Shown: piece by piece, positions 36,295 through 49,901 of the stretch
How positions within the stretch are numbered: the stretch's first letter is position 1
How the letters are laid out: each line of letters starts with the position of its first letter
Assembly (NCBI GenBank): GCA_009103225.1
Contig: RHPI01001037.1
Coordinates: 1,030,916-1,094,915 of the forward strand
Direction of reading: 5' to 3'
DNA length: 64,000 bases
From: Chlorokybus atmophyticus
Lineage: Eukaryota; Plantae; Mesostigma and Chlorokybus algae
Translations under genes and position numbers: made by a program
Notes under the pieces: generated by a model
Told to the model about the DNA's origin: nothing
The model's input: only the letters and a program-made list of their open reading frames with translations
Databases searched by the model: none

Positions 36295-39200
36295 TTAGCG
36301 CGTTTGTTTCCTAAACGGCTTCACATGCCGCTGCACTTGCTGCCGTTTCTTCTTACCCATGCCTTTCTGTTGCAGCGGCTTTGGTGCAAGAGCACCCGCA
36401 GAATCTGCGCGATCCATCTCATCATGCTCGACGCCCATTTTTTCTTCTCCGTCACCGGTCTCCAGCTCGTACTCCGCCTCAGACAACTTGCCCTTCTTCA
36501 TCTTCTTCAACAGCTTGTACTCGCGCTCCATCTGCTCCTCGTCGTTCTGCTGGCGCTTCTTCTTGCTCGAGCCCTTTGGCAGCTCCATGCGAGCCGGCTG
36601 CACTGAGCCTTTGTGCTGTTGGTTCTTGCTGTTGCCTTTGCTGTTAAATCCCTTACCGCTCGTGGTGGCTCCCGCGCCGCTGTTCACCCTTGCATCGCTG
36701 GCTGCAACAGATGCCTGAGCTTTCTTCAGATTCTGTTGCCTTTGTTTCTCCCGCAACTTGTCCCTGCAAGGACGCGGGGTTGATACAACCTATACCATGC
36801 AAGAGGGCAGCTGCTGTAATGCCTTGATGCAGTGGCTTACTTGTACTTGATAGTGGCTAGATCAATGTCGAATGGTATGAATGCGGACGTGTCCACTCGC
36901 CCGCGCTTCAACTCGGACATCGTGGGCAGCCGCAACAGCCCGAAGAGCATGGCCAGCGCTCCGAAGTTGAGGTCCTTGAACCTGCAGCACGTATATATGT
37001 TTGTGCTGCTCTATCAAATCTCTGTTTGTCTTGATTGCAGTCCTTGTATCTCTAACTGACAAGCATGAACACCGAGTGCTTGCTGCTGCCGAAAGACTCT
37101 GACCTGAAAATGTACTTGCAAACATGCTCCTTGTAACCGCGCACGAAGGACACAAAGGCGCGCAAACCTTTCTCCATGACTGCCCTGTCTGCTGCAGTAA
37201 TCGTACGAATCTGTGCGTACATTCTGAGTCAGCCTTGCGCAGCAACCACAGTGCCCAACAAGCATACCTGCGACAGCACTTCAGGCGCGTTATCATCCGG
37301 CGCCATCTCCGCCAGCCCCACTCCTCTCAGTCTCAGAAACTCCACGTACGCATCCTCCTTGGGCAGCAAGTACACCAACGCCGAGCCGGAGCGGCCCATG
37401 CGCGCAGTACGGCCCACGCGATGTATAAACGCGTCCGGGTCTTGCGGAGGGTCGAACTGGATGATCCAGTCGACTCCGGGGATGTCCAGCCCGCGCGCGG
37501 CCACATCCGTGCATAGCAGCACGCCAGCTGGCCACTCTGTGTACTCTGCCAAAGCCTTCTCTCGCTGAGACTGCGCGTGCATGAGTTGACATTAGTCTCA
37601 CAGTGTGATACGACATCCATGACACAACTGTGGCTGTAAGCTCACATGCCTGCTTCATCTTCCCATGCAAGGCTTGCATCTTCAAGGACTTCAACTCGCG
37701 AAGCTGCTGAAGGACCATGGCCCAGTAGTCCACGCTAGCACATGTGAGAAAGTACCTGATGCATGCAATGGTTTGGCAATGCATGCATGGCGATAAGACT
37801 TCAGTCCATGGGTAGGGAGCACTTACACAATACACTTTGCGCTGGAGTGGAATGTAAGGAACTGCACCAGTTGCGACATCTTGCGGTCCACTTCACAGCG
37901 CACAAACTGCGCGTCAGCACGCATTGAGCCACCTCTGCGCAGAATCCAAAACTCTGCTTTGAACTCGATAGGATGGTATACATAAAATTGCTATGCAACG
38001 CACGATCACCCACGTGCAGAGAAAGTGTCGAGGGCGTCTGCGAAGCGGTTGTGCTCTGCTTGCCAGAAAGCTGCGACTTGCCCTGCTGCTTCACCTCGAC
38101 GCGAACCGGGTTCCGCATCCCCGCTCTGGCCAGCTCTACCACCTGACATGATCGCATGCAAATGTCAGCCCAGCACAGCAGTAGCGTAAGGTTGGACAGC
38201 TGCACAGAAACTGCTGCTCATGACGATTGGCAAGAACAAACAAGCGGTGCTTCACAAACATGTCAGGCGCCTACAATGGTTGTGCAAGACACAAGCCATC
38301 ATTGTTTCACATGCGTATATGCAAGATGGAATGCATGATTAGTGCTGTTTCTCACCGCGCTGGTCTGTGTTGCAGAAAACAGCCCGGTCCGCCGCTGCTT
38401 GGGCAGGCGTGCTAAGATAGATGACAGCTGTTGCCTAAACCCCATGTCCAACAATCGATCCGCCTCATCCAACACAAGGACCTGCAGCCAGCATCCCAAC
38501 CGCTCATCCCTCAATTCAAGTGTCAACCACGTGTCACAAACTACTTACATCAAGCTCCTTCACATCCATGGCAGCAGAGCGGGTCAGCACGTCATCGAGC
38601 CGTCCCGGCGTGCCAACGAGGATATTGGCCCCATTAGACTGGAAGCGTGCCACGTCCGCGGCGACCTCCGTGCCACCGACAAGCAGCATCGCACGCAGAT
38701 TTGGGCGCTCTGTAAGAAAAAGCTGCAGGACAGCAAAAATCTGCAAAGCGAGCTCGCGCGTGGGTGAGATGATCATCGCTCCAACCTGCGAGTGACAATT
38801 GGATGTGTAGAGTGTGAGCACGTTTGCACTGGCACGTGTATGAATGTTGGACGGATGACAGCGCAACCGCAATCACCTGATATTTGCGCAGCGCGTGTTC
38901 TCGCCTCGATAACAGCTCGACAACGGGCACAATGAATGCAAGGGTCTTGCCTGAACCCGTGACGGCATCGACAGCAACGTCCTTATTGCTCATAAATAAA
39001 GGTATCGTCGCTGCCTGGCATTCAATACAACTAGTGACATGCATGTGTATGGACTGCAACTCTGCCAACCAATCCACTGCGATCTTGATCTTGTTTGGGT
39101 TTTGGCTTGAATTGGAGAGCAATCCGCATGCTGCAACAGGCGAGACAGCCAACGGCATAGCTTTCCCTTTTCCTATCAACAGCACACTACTCGCAAACTG

Positions 39201-39557
39201 GTTGGCATGAGTGATTCTGACTATTGTACAGGAACGCGACAGACCGCCAAAGGCAGGGACTTCAACAGTGCAACAAAGCGCTGCTTCAACAATTAAGTAT
39301 GCGCAGTTGCAATGCAGCTTGTTGCATGCAAGCACTCAGCAAAAAGAATTGCCAAGAACGAGCATATACTGCAGGAATGATGGAAAGGACAAGAGAAAAC
39401 TTAAAATCAGATCAGTCCATCATAGACCAACCTGCACAGGCGTGAGATGTGTGAAACCCTGCTGCCTCAAAGCAGCCAGCATCTCCTCCGACAAGGGCGG
39501 CTGCAGCTCCTCAAACGTCCTATCCGTCGTCGCCGCAGACTCCATACCTGAACCCAT
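36295..39557 (-). CDS. DDX55: DEAD-box RNA helicase, DDX55/Spb4/RH18 type
   Basis: TPVQ|[23 protein letters not shown]; SPTRELA; GTPGRL; [13 protein letters not shown]; RRTGLFSAT; [11 protein letters not shown]; [11 protein letters not shown]; [10 protein letters not shown]; [16 protein letters not shown]; Lys-rich C-terminus. Confidence 0.93.
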
Positions 39558-39791
39558 AATCACCCCCCACCCCTCAACCCCTCTCTGCCAAGAGCGTAAC
39601 CCCAGACCGGCCGCCGCCGCCGCCGCCACCGCCGTCGCCTGGCTGCACTTGCAGCGGATCCGATATCAGCTCGTACGCGATATACAGGTCTGGTGCACTA
39701 CATCGACGGGACCAAACGTGTTGTTCATCACTAGCTTATTCTTATATCGCATACTGCAGGTCTGGGTCAGGCGGAGTGCGGTGGGAGGAGG

Positions 39792-40573
39792 ATGGCGGTG
39801 GGAGGAGGAGGCGGGGGGCGGCGCCCCAGTCAGGCGGTGGTGGTGACGCGGTTCGCCGCGACATCCGCCGCCTTGTGGTGCTTGCCGCTCTGCCTCTTCT
39901 TTTTCCTCAACGGCCAGGGCCTGGACTGTATCCTGCACACGCTTTTACTCACTTCGCACTCACACTCGCACACACGCACGCATGTTGTCTGGAGCGTATC
40001 CCCCTCCCAGTCAGCTGTGCGCCTGCGTGCATGATGCGTATGCTGGCATTCCACACAATCCTAGCATGTCTTGTCGCAACACAACGCTCGTTCGCAAGTG
40101 TTTGTTTGGTTTGTTTGCTTGCTATGACAACAGAGATGCGCTCAATGCAGGCTGACGACAGTAAAGGAAAGAGAGGCTTGGGATTGTACTGTCTCAAACA
40201 GCTAATCGCACCTGTTGATTCAGTGTTGCTTGCATGTTGTCGTGCATGCTTCGCATGTCGCAGCCTCGTGCATGGGACTGTTTCCTATGTGTGATTGTCC
40301 CTTCCCGAACTCCCGAGCGGGTCATTGCCTTGACCCATTACTCTCCCCCACCCAGTGCTGTCCGCCAGTCTCGGCTTCCCTCCTCTCGACAGATCAACCA
40401 AGACGACGTTGAGCGGCGTCGCGGCGGTGGTGTCAGTGAACGTCGTCATCGCGTGGTACGTCGCCATGGCCATGCGGACCGAAACGCCATCGGGAGACCC
40501 GCGGCCCGACGCGTCTATGATGCCACCGCCATTGCAGCAGCAGAACGGCGTCGCGGACAAGAAGGAGGAGTGA
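39792..40573 (+). CDS. VMA21: V-ATPase assembly factor VMA21-like
   Basis: Exons 39792-39927 and 40356-40573 give 117 aa with two TM segments, SGVAAVVSVNVVIAWYVAMA and a C-terminal KKEE ER-retrieval motif. Confidence 0.8.
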
Positions 40574-41001
40574 AGTGCTGGCAGAGGAGGTCAAGGTGGT
40601 CCTCCTTAGTCGAGGGTGGTCATGTGATGGAGGTTTGGTGAACGTGCTGAGCATGCTCACACATGACAACGGCATGCAACGGACACTGCGCATACAGCAG
40701 CTTAGACGATAACCCACTGTGCGGACATGCTTACTGCATTTGAGCAGCTATTGCCACTGGTCTGCTAGGCTAGTGCGTAGATTGTGGACTGTAAGGTCAA
40801 CATGTGATTGCAGTTGGTGCAACTGAAGTTGCCCCGCTGCTGATCTACCAGTGGCGTATTGTCAAGTTCTCATGTTAGCTTTCATCATGGCAATGTTGTT
40901 CTGAATGTTATGTTCTTGTAGCAAACTGGTACCCGAACGCTCCAACAGATCCAACACAACCAAGACCAGCCAAGCCGCGCTCATAGCTAATGTACATCGA
41001 C

Positions 41002-42770
<1,769 letters not shown>

Positions 42771-43175
42771 ACTGCTTTTTTCGCAAACAATTAAACGACA
42801 ACAGCCCCCCGCACCAAGCACAACACAGTCGTACACACAACCAAGGACTGCTCCACCTGCTCCTTCGCCTCCTTCGCCGCCGCCACCGCTCTCAGTAACC
42901 AGCAGGCCAACACTATGGCAAGTTGTTGGGCTAGGGTTTGCAACAAACGCGTTCACTGAACCTCCTGCTTTGCTGAACGTCAAGATCACTGAACTCCCGT
43001 TTTCGCTGTGTTCGTCAAGTCTCAGGGTATCAGTTGAGCTCATTGAACGTGTGAGCACTATCCAATGGCACACGTGGAATTGCTGGCAAGATCCCAGGTG
43101 CAGGCGGAGGTGAAGCGGCGGTGGCGGCAGAGGCGGAGGCGGAGGCGGGGAGTTGTCGTCGCATATGCTGTCACC

Positions 43176-44769
43176 ATGAACGTAAACAGTAGTATTCTGT
43201 CGTCGGCGCAGTACCCTCTCCGCGGCTTCGCCTACCTGCTGTCGCACCGGCGCCTGTGGGGCTATGTGGTAAGCTTTCCTGGCAGGCTGCTGGCTGCTGT
43301 TCTTGCTGCGTTGCTTCTCGCTCTGCTGGGTGCACGGATGTTATGCATATGATTGTGAAACATGCAGACTGCTAGCTCGCATCAAACCTATGTGTATGTT
43401 GCTTTGTCACTAGCATGGCGTCCAGTGTCAGACTACTCTGTTCACCATGCGCTGCTTGTACAGTAACAGGACCAATCAGCTCCTCATGCCATTGTGCAAA
43501 GTTTGCCTGCTTGTAACTGACTGAGTAGGCCATAAACGCGGTGGCTGCAACCGCAGTGATCGCACTGTAATGTCAGCACATGCTTGCCGTAGTCTGCTGT
43601 GCGCGTCACTTCAGTTAGTTCAGCTCAGCTCAGCGTGCTAAACAACCTTGCCGAAAACTTGCGATCAACAGTTACGCTCTTGCAGGCACAGCCGCTGCTG
43701 GTGACCCTCGCCATAGATGCCGCCGCTCTGGTTGTCCTGTTAATCTTCGCGCTGCCCGTGCAAGCGTCGCTGCTTGAGAAGCTGATGCTACCCCCATGGC
43801 TGGCTCTCATCGCTTCCTTGATTCTTGTCCTTGCAGAGACCGCCGGCATAGCACTCGTCATATTGGACTGTAAGCTGAGCTTTGCATTGCATTTCGTGCG
43901 TTGTTTTTGCAACCGATGTGTTGTTGGCTTGCAGACGTCTTTGCGTATGTCAAGGACGCGCTGTTCCAGAAGGTGTACTCTATGGAGCTCAGTCAAAGAA
44001 CTGGGTATGGTTGGTCACACCTGCTATTAAGCTAATTAGACGGTTACCATATGCTGACTTGGCCTTTGTCACCAGGCAACCACAATCCGTGCGCCCCAAA
44101 GATGAAGCTAGTGCAGTTGTGCAGGCGGCGAAGACCGAAAACACGCCGCTCTTGAGCGGGTTTAGGCGACCGGCAGCATTGAGAACCAATCGCGGAAACG
44201 CGGGCACAGGTCTGATCCGGCGCATTACCGGCGAGCTGACCACGATGACGGTGGTTCGGCCGGTGGTGTACCTTGCAAGCACTGTTCTCAATGCCGTCCC
44301 CATTGTTGGAACCCTGGTATGTAGTGCATTTACTGGTGGACCTCCTGTTGCTGATGTTGAGCACGGCTTGACCTTGCTTGGATGCAGATCTTTGCGCAAG
44401 TGAATGGCTTGCTGTATGCGTGGGATCTTCATGAGAAGTTTTTAAGAGAAGAGCTGGGGCTCCGTAGCAGAGAGCAGCAGGAGCGATTCATCAACGCTGT
44501 TGGCGGCTACAGTAAGTGCACGCTTGCCATGCACAGCCATCTTGAAAACACCATACTGAACCATGTCATCGTGCCGAGCAGACACGTTTGGGCGAGTTGC
44601 TGTCCTACTTGAGCTGCCTCCAGCGATTGGCTTGTACTTTAAGTTAAGCAACGTGGTGGGGGCTGCTCTTTGGGCTGTTGATCTACGAGAGCATTACGGG
44701 GATGAGCCGGACAGCAGGGCCGATCCGCCTGCTTCAGCATTGGATCCTAGCAAAGCCAAGGTGAATTAG
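43176..44769 (+). CDS. EI24-family (Rrt8/Lds-like) multi-pass membrane protein
   Basis: [16 protein letters not shown]; LNAVPIVG; [33 protein letters not shown]; multi-exon. Confidence 0.65.
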
Positions 44770-45720
44770 TCGAGCAACACAAGAAGTTAGTGATCAGCTT
44801 GCGTGTACATATTTGCCCACTCCCTTTAGCTCGCACATGTACACAGTCACCTTTGGCCTCCTGTCAGTTGCTGTAGGCATGAGTACAGGCAGTGGTAAGC
44901 AGAAAGTTTATATGTTGCTTACAAGCTGTATTGCGCCGTTTGTTCTGTATTCTTGCAGTCACTGCGGCCCTTCTCCGCAGTTGACAGCAACCGGCCCTTC
45001 GCATGTATGACCGACGGCATCAGAGGCAGCTGCACTCCGGTGTACAGAAAGCCAAGCAGTCTCTTGCTGACAGCCAAACCTCTACCTATCACAAAGCTGT
45101 CTCGGGCTGGAAGGGCTCATGGGGAAGCCCGTCACATACAGCGCCGTAAGCTTAATGTACATAGCTACAGACAACAAGCTGGCCGGTCAGCGGTGCCACT
45201 GCTGACCAGCATGGCTGGTTGGTGTTGAGGTTGTGCTGGACTGTGACACTGTGATTGTGAATAGAAGCTGTGTGGTGGTATCTTGCAATTGTAGTTTACT
45301 AACAGCTAGCTGGTGAAGTTGCGCAACACCTTGCAGTGTGCCCAAGCCACTGTGCATTTGCTTGTTGATTGGAGCATCGCGGCGAGGACTGCATTGGCAC
45401 CGCTTGCGAGACCTGTCTGTCGGCTGGGTTGCGTTGAAGGAGGTGCAAAACTCGACTGCGCTCTCATTAACAATATATGTAGCAAGTGCATCACAGTGCA
45501 AATCACATCACCTCTGCGGACCAACATCCGCGAGCCATCTCTCTCCACTATGTGTAAGGGCATCACAGTGCAGCGCATGACCTCTGTGCACCAATATCTG
45601 CGAGCCATCTCTCTTGCTTAACATGAACATGACCAGTGGGAAACAGACCAAAGTGCGCACAGTGACACCGCGTTAGGACGCCATGAAGACTAGTTAATCA
45701 ACATGAACAAACTGTGGTAA

Positions 45721-46552
45721 CTAGTCTCCTGACGGCAGCTGGACGCCCTCTCTGAGTCGGCGCCTTTTCTGCTGCTTGATGGAGATCTTCTTCTTCGGCC
45801 GTTTAGGGATCGTCTGCTGCGCGTAACACCACAGCCCCACGTGCACCGCGATGAAGAGGAAGAGCGTCCCGAACACCACTATCAGCACGATCAGCGTCGG
45901 GCTGACTCCGCCTGCCGACTCTTCCCCAGCGAAACCACCCTTGGCGAACGAATGCTGCGAGCATGCAAGACACGCATTAGCACTTGCACAAATACACACA
46001 CTGACTACTGAACGAATACCAATTGGAATATCAATAACGTCAAGATTGGCATTGAGTGCGTCATTACTGTATGCGCATAGACTGAGACCATGTACGCTGA
46101 AGTACGCATCACTAGCGTGTGATGCGTACTTCAGCGTACATGGTCTCAGTCTATGCGCATACAGTAACACCATGGTACCAGCCGCTTGGCACTGCTTGCC
46201 ACATACATCCAGGCAGCGTATGTTCACGAACAACCAAGTCAGATATGTCTCAACAATGTGCGCAGGGGATCTACTGCATCACCCGGCCAAAATGCCAGTC
46301 GTCACGCTGTGCATGCACCATACCTCAGCTACGCACAAGGAAACTCCTCCAAGCCAAAGCAGCTATCATTGCACACAATGTGACATCATGCACCACCACT
46401 CATCACTCTATCAGCCCCACAGCATCGAAGCAGCATGTACAACCAAACAACCGAGAGAGCATCCCCACCTCGTCGAAGCCGTCAAAGTCCTCCGTCGGGA
46501 TGTTGACGTCGGCGTCCACGTCGTCCGCGTCGAAGAACTGCGAGGTGTCCAT
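45721..46552 (-). CDS. S1FA: S1FA-like small protein
   Basis: Two exons give ...GVSPTLIVLIVVFGTLFLFIAVHVGLWCYAQQTIPKRPKKKISIKQQKRRRLREGVQLPSGD*, matching the S1FA hydrophobic-then-basic pattern. Confidence 0.8.
46064..46167. repeat. Perfect 49-bp-stem hairpin (6-nt loop) in the S1FA intron; possible TA-flanked foldback MITE
   Basis: 46064-46112 is the exact reverse complement of 46119-46167. Confidence 0.95.
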
Positions 46553-47592
46553 CCCCTCAGCGCCGCAGGCGAAGACGACAGCGGCGGCAGCGGCCTCGCC
46601 GCGGAGCACAGCGCTGAGCAACGCACCTTGCACAGTTAGGGTTTTAATGATACCGTCACAGGTATTGCGTCACGCTGTCGCTTGGAGACTGAGCGTGACG
46701 GCGGGGGTCACGTGACTCACACGGCTATCAAACGCACTGCCGATAATCATTGAGTTTGTGGCCACTTGGGTTTTTTTGCATCCTGCTTTGTCCGTGTCGC
46801 CGGCGCTGCCGTGCGTAGGAGGACAGCTTGTGTTTGAGAGATCCTGAAAAAGCGAGCTGGTTGAGTAAGTGTTGGCTGGTTGATCACGCCACTCCTCTGT
46901 CAAGCAGGTTGAACCGTGGCAGCAAGGCGCCACACTCTTGTGTGTGTTAGACAGCCATCTGGTTGGTGTGAAACAGGGATCAGATTTGGGTGGGTACGCG
47001 TAAGCAGGAAGTTACATTATTAAAGGGTGAGCTGGTTTGAAGGAGGATCTGTTGTATATACGTGAGTTGAAGGAGGAGAGAAAGAGGGAGACACTGCGCA
47101 GTGGGCTGGATGCGGTAAAGGCTCCTCCTGTGAAGGTAAGATAATAAAAAAACAGCCACCACACGGATGCCAAGGCGGTGCCTGTGTTGTACTTTTGTGT
47201 GAGCCTGTGAGTGATTGGGTCTTTCAGGGGTGATGGAGGGGTTCGGTCACTTGCTGATCCTTTAAGAGAGATAATGTATTTGTGCTGTTTTCTTTTTGCG
47301 AAGTTCAATACTTCTTTGGTTAGCTTAGGTTGATGGAGGCAGCCAATCACGCAAGTACGTGACACAAAACCAAATAGCACAGCCGACCATTCTAGTAGCT
47401 CGCACGGTTGGTGCTGCACAGGTGCATACCTTGTGTCAGTTGTTGCTCTGAAGCTTCATCGCACTGAGAACTGCCACTATGTATCTTTCGCACACATTCC
47501 TCTACATTAGTACACAAGCCTCACTGATTGGCTTGTTGACTCGCACAGCAGACGCATCTCTATCCCCTCGCTTGTCCCCCCCGCCCGGGGGA

Positions 47593-48365
47593 ATGCCCCA
47601 CCCCACCCACACCCATCACTCCACACGCTCCCTCCTGCTGCTGACGCTAACAACAACAGTACTCTTGCTATCCACCCACCCAACACCATGTCTCGCCGCA
47701 TCTTACTACACCCTCGACGGCCGCGGCAACAACCTCAAGAACCCAGACTGGGGGTACGCATGTTGTTGATAAGTAGGTTGCCATGCATCGGACATGCGTG
47801 ATTGATGGAGGTATGTGTGTGTGTGTGTGTGTGTGCAATTGTAGGAGTGCGCCGAGAGAGTATCTGAGGAGGCAGGCGCCGGTCGCGGCGGTGGATAGCA
47901 GCAATGGGCGGCCGAGTGCGCGTGCTGTCAGCCTCGCCACGCAGCTACCCATCAACCAGACGTGAGTAGTGTTTCTTGTTGTGGGTGGTGGTCTTGTGGT
48001 GGTGGCGGTGGTTATGGTTGCTCGATGTGCTCGTGCGCGTGCAGGGCGCCGAGGTCAGAAAGGAACACGACGGACATGGTGACATACATGGTGAGCGCAC
48101 GCGCATACCCACGCACGTCATTTCATTGAATCACGCTCAAACGATGATCACACCCTCAATGAGAAGGGGGTCAACATCAGTCACTCTCCTATATATCGCC
48201 TTCTTCCCCTCACCTCAGGGCCAGTTTTTTCACCTCGACATCGACATGACAGTCCCCAACCGGTAAGCACACCACTTACGCCATCCCACTACACTACACC
48301 ACACCAGACCCACCACCCTCCCACACCCAATTACCAACCAACCCAACATCCTACTACTCCCCCCC

Positions 48366-48409
<44 letters not shown>

Positions 48410-48757
48410 NNNNNNNNNNNNNNNNNNNNNNNNNNNNNNNNNNNNNNNNNNNNNNNNNNNNNNNNNNNNNNNNNNNNNNNNNNNNNNNNNNNNNNNNNNN
48501 NNNNNNNNNNNNNNNNNNNNNNNNNNNNNNNNNNNNNNNNNNNNNNNNNNNNNNNNNNNNNNNNNNNNNNNNNNNNNNNNNNNNNNNNNNNNNNNNNNNN
48601 NNNNNNNNNNNNNNNNNNNNNNNNNNNNNNNNNNNNNNNNNNNNNNNNNNNNNNNNNNNNNNNNNNNNNNNNNNNNNNNNNNNNNNNNNNNNNNNNNNNN
48701 NNNNNNNNNNNNNNNNNNNNNNNNNNNNNNNNNNNNNNNNNNNNNNNNNNNNNNNNN

Positions 48758-48832
<75 letters not shown>

Positions 48833-49868
48833 TCTCTCTCTCCCTCCGTGCAGCTCCGACCCCCTCCGTATCGCCGTCCCCCTCTGCGACCCCGTCTTCG
48901 ACCGCGCCTGCGCCGGAGGAACAAGCCTCACGTTTAATCGGGCGATGTGGAACGTCAGTGCGGGGCAGACTGGTGAGGAGAGGGGATGAGAGGTTTTGAT
49001 TTGATTGTTGGTTTGAGTGACAGAGTGAAAGTGAGGGGAGGGAGAGTGGGAGAGTGGGGGTGGTGGGTGGGTGGGGTGTGGGTGTGGGTGTGGGGAGAGG
49101 GAGGGGGAAGCCACTCACCCACTCACCCGCACTCACCCTCTCCGTGTGCGCGGGTGAGTGGCTGAGCTGTTGAACTGTTGAGCGTTTGAGTCAGCACTAG
49201 TTGGTGGAGTGGTATGGCAGGCAGAATTCGACCACTTACTCACTAACAGAGAGTGTACCGCCTCATTCACGAACACCCAATCAACTCTGTGTGTTGCAGG
49301 CCTCCCCCGCCAGCCTCTCAACTTCGTCACCTCCTACCTCGACGCCGGCCAGCTCTACGGCAGCAACTCCACCTCGTCCTCCTCCTCGTCCTCATCCATG
49401 GGGATGCTTCGGTCGCGGCGGAACGGGCGGCTGTCCACCGACGGGGACGACATGCTGCCGTGGGACTGGGACGGGACGGTTATGATGAATATCGGGCGGG
49501 AGACGGTGAGAGTTGGGGTTGTTGGTGTGGTTGTTGTGGTCGTTGATGTGCGTAGGTAGTATTGTTGTTGTTGTTGTCATCCGTGTTGTAACATCATTAT
49601 GTGCGCAGAACATGAGGCTTGCTGGTGATCCGAGGATGAACATGGCGCCGGGACTGCTGGCGATAGCGGTAAGGGTGTTTGTATCCCTTTGCTTGTTATG
49701 GTTGGTTAGGGCCACCTTTGGTGTGATTGTGTGTCTCTGTCACTGCAGACACTGTTTGTGCGGGAGCACAATCGCCTCGCTGCCGCTTTTGCCGCCGCCC
49801 ATCCCTCGTGGCAAGATGAGGACATCTTCCAAGCCGCTCGCAAGTGGAACACGGCCCAGCTACAAGTA

Positions 49869-49901
<33 letters not shown>

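Noticed and set aside
48230-49136. Long ORFs with ERERER and X runs
   Set aside because: Produced by a (CT)n microsatellite and an N gap inside an intron.
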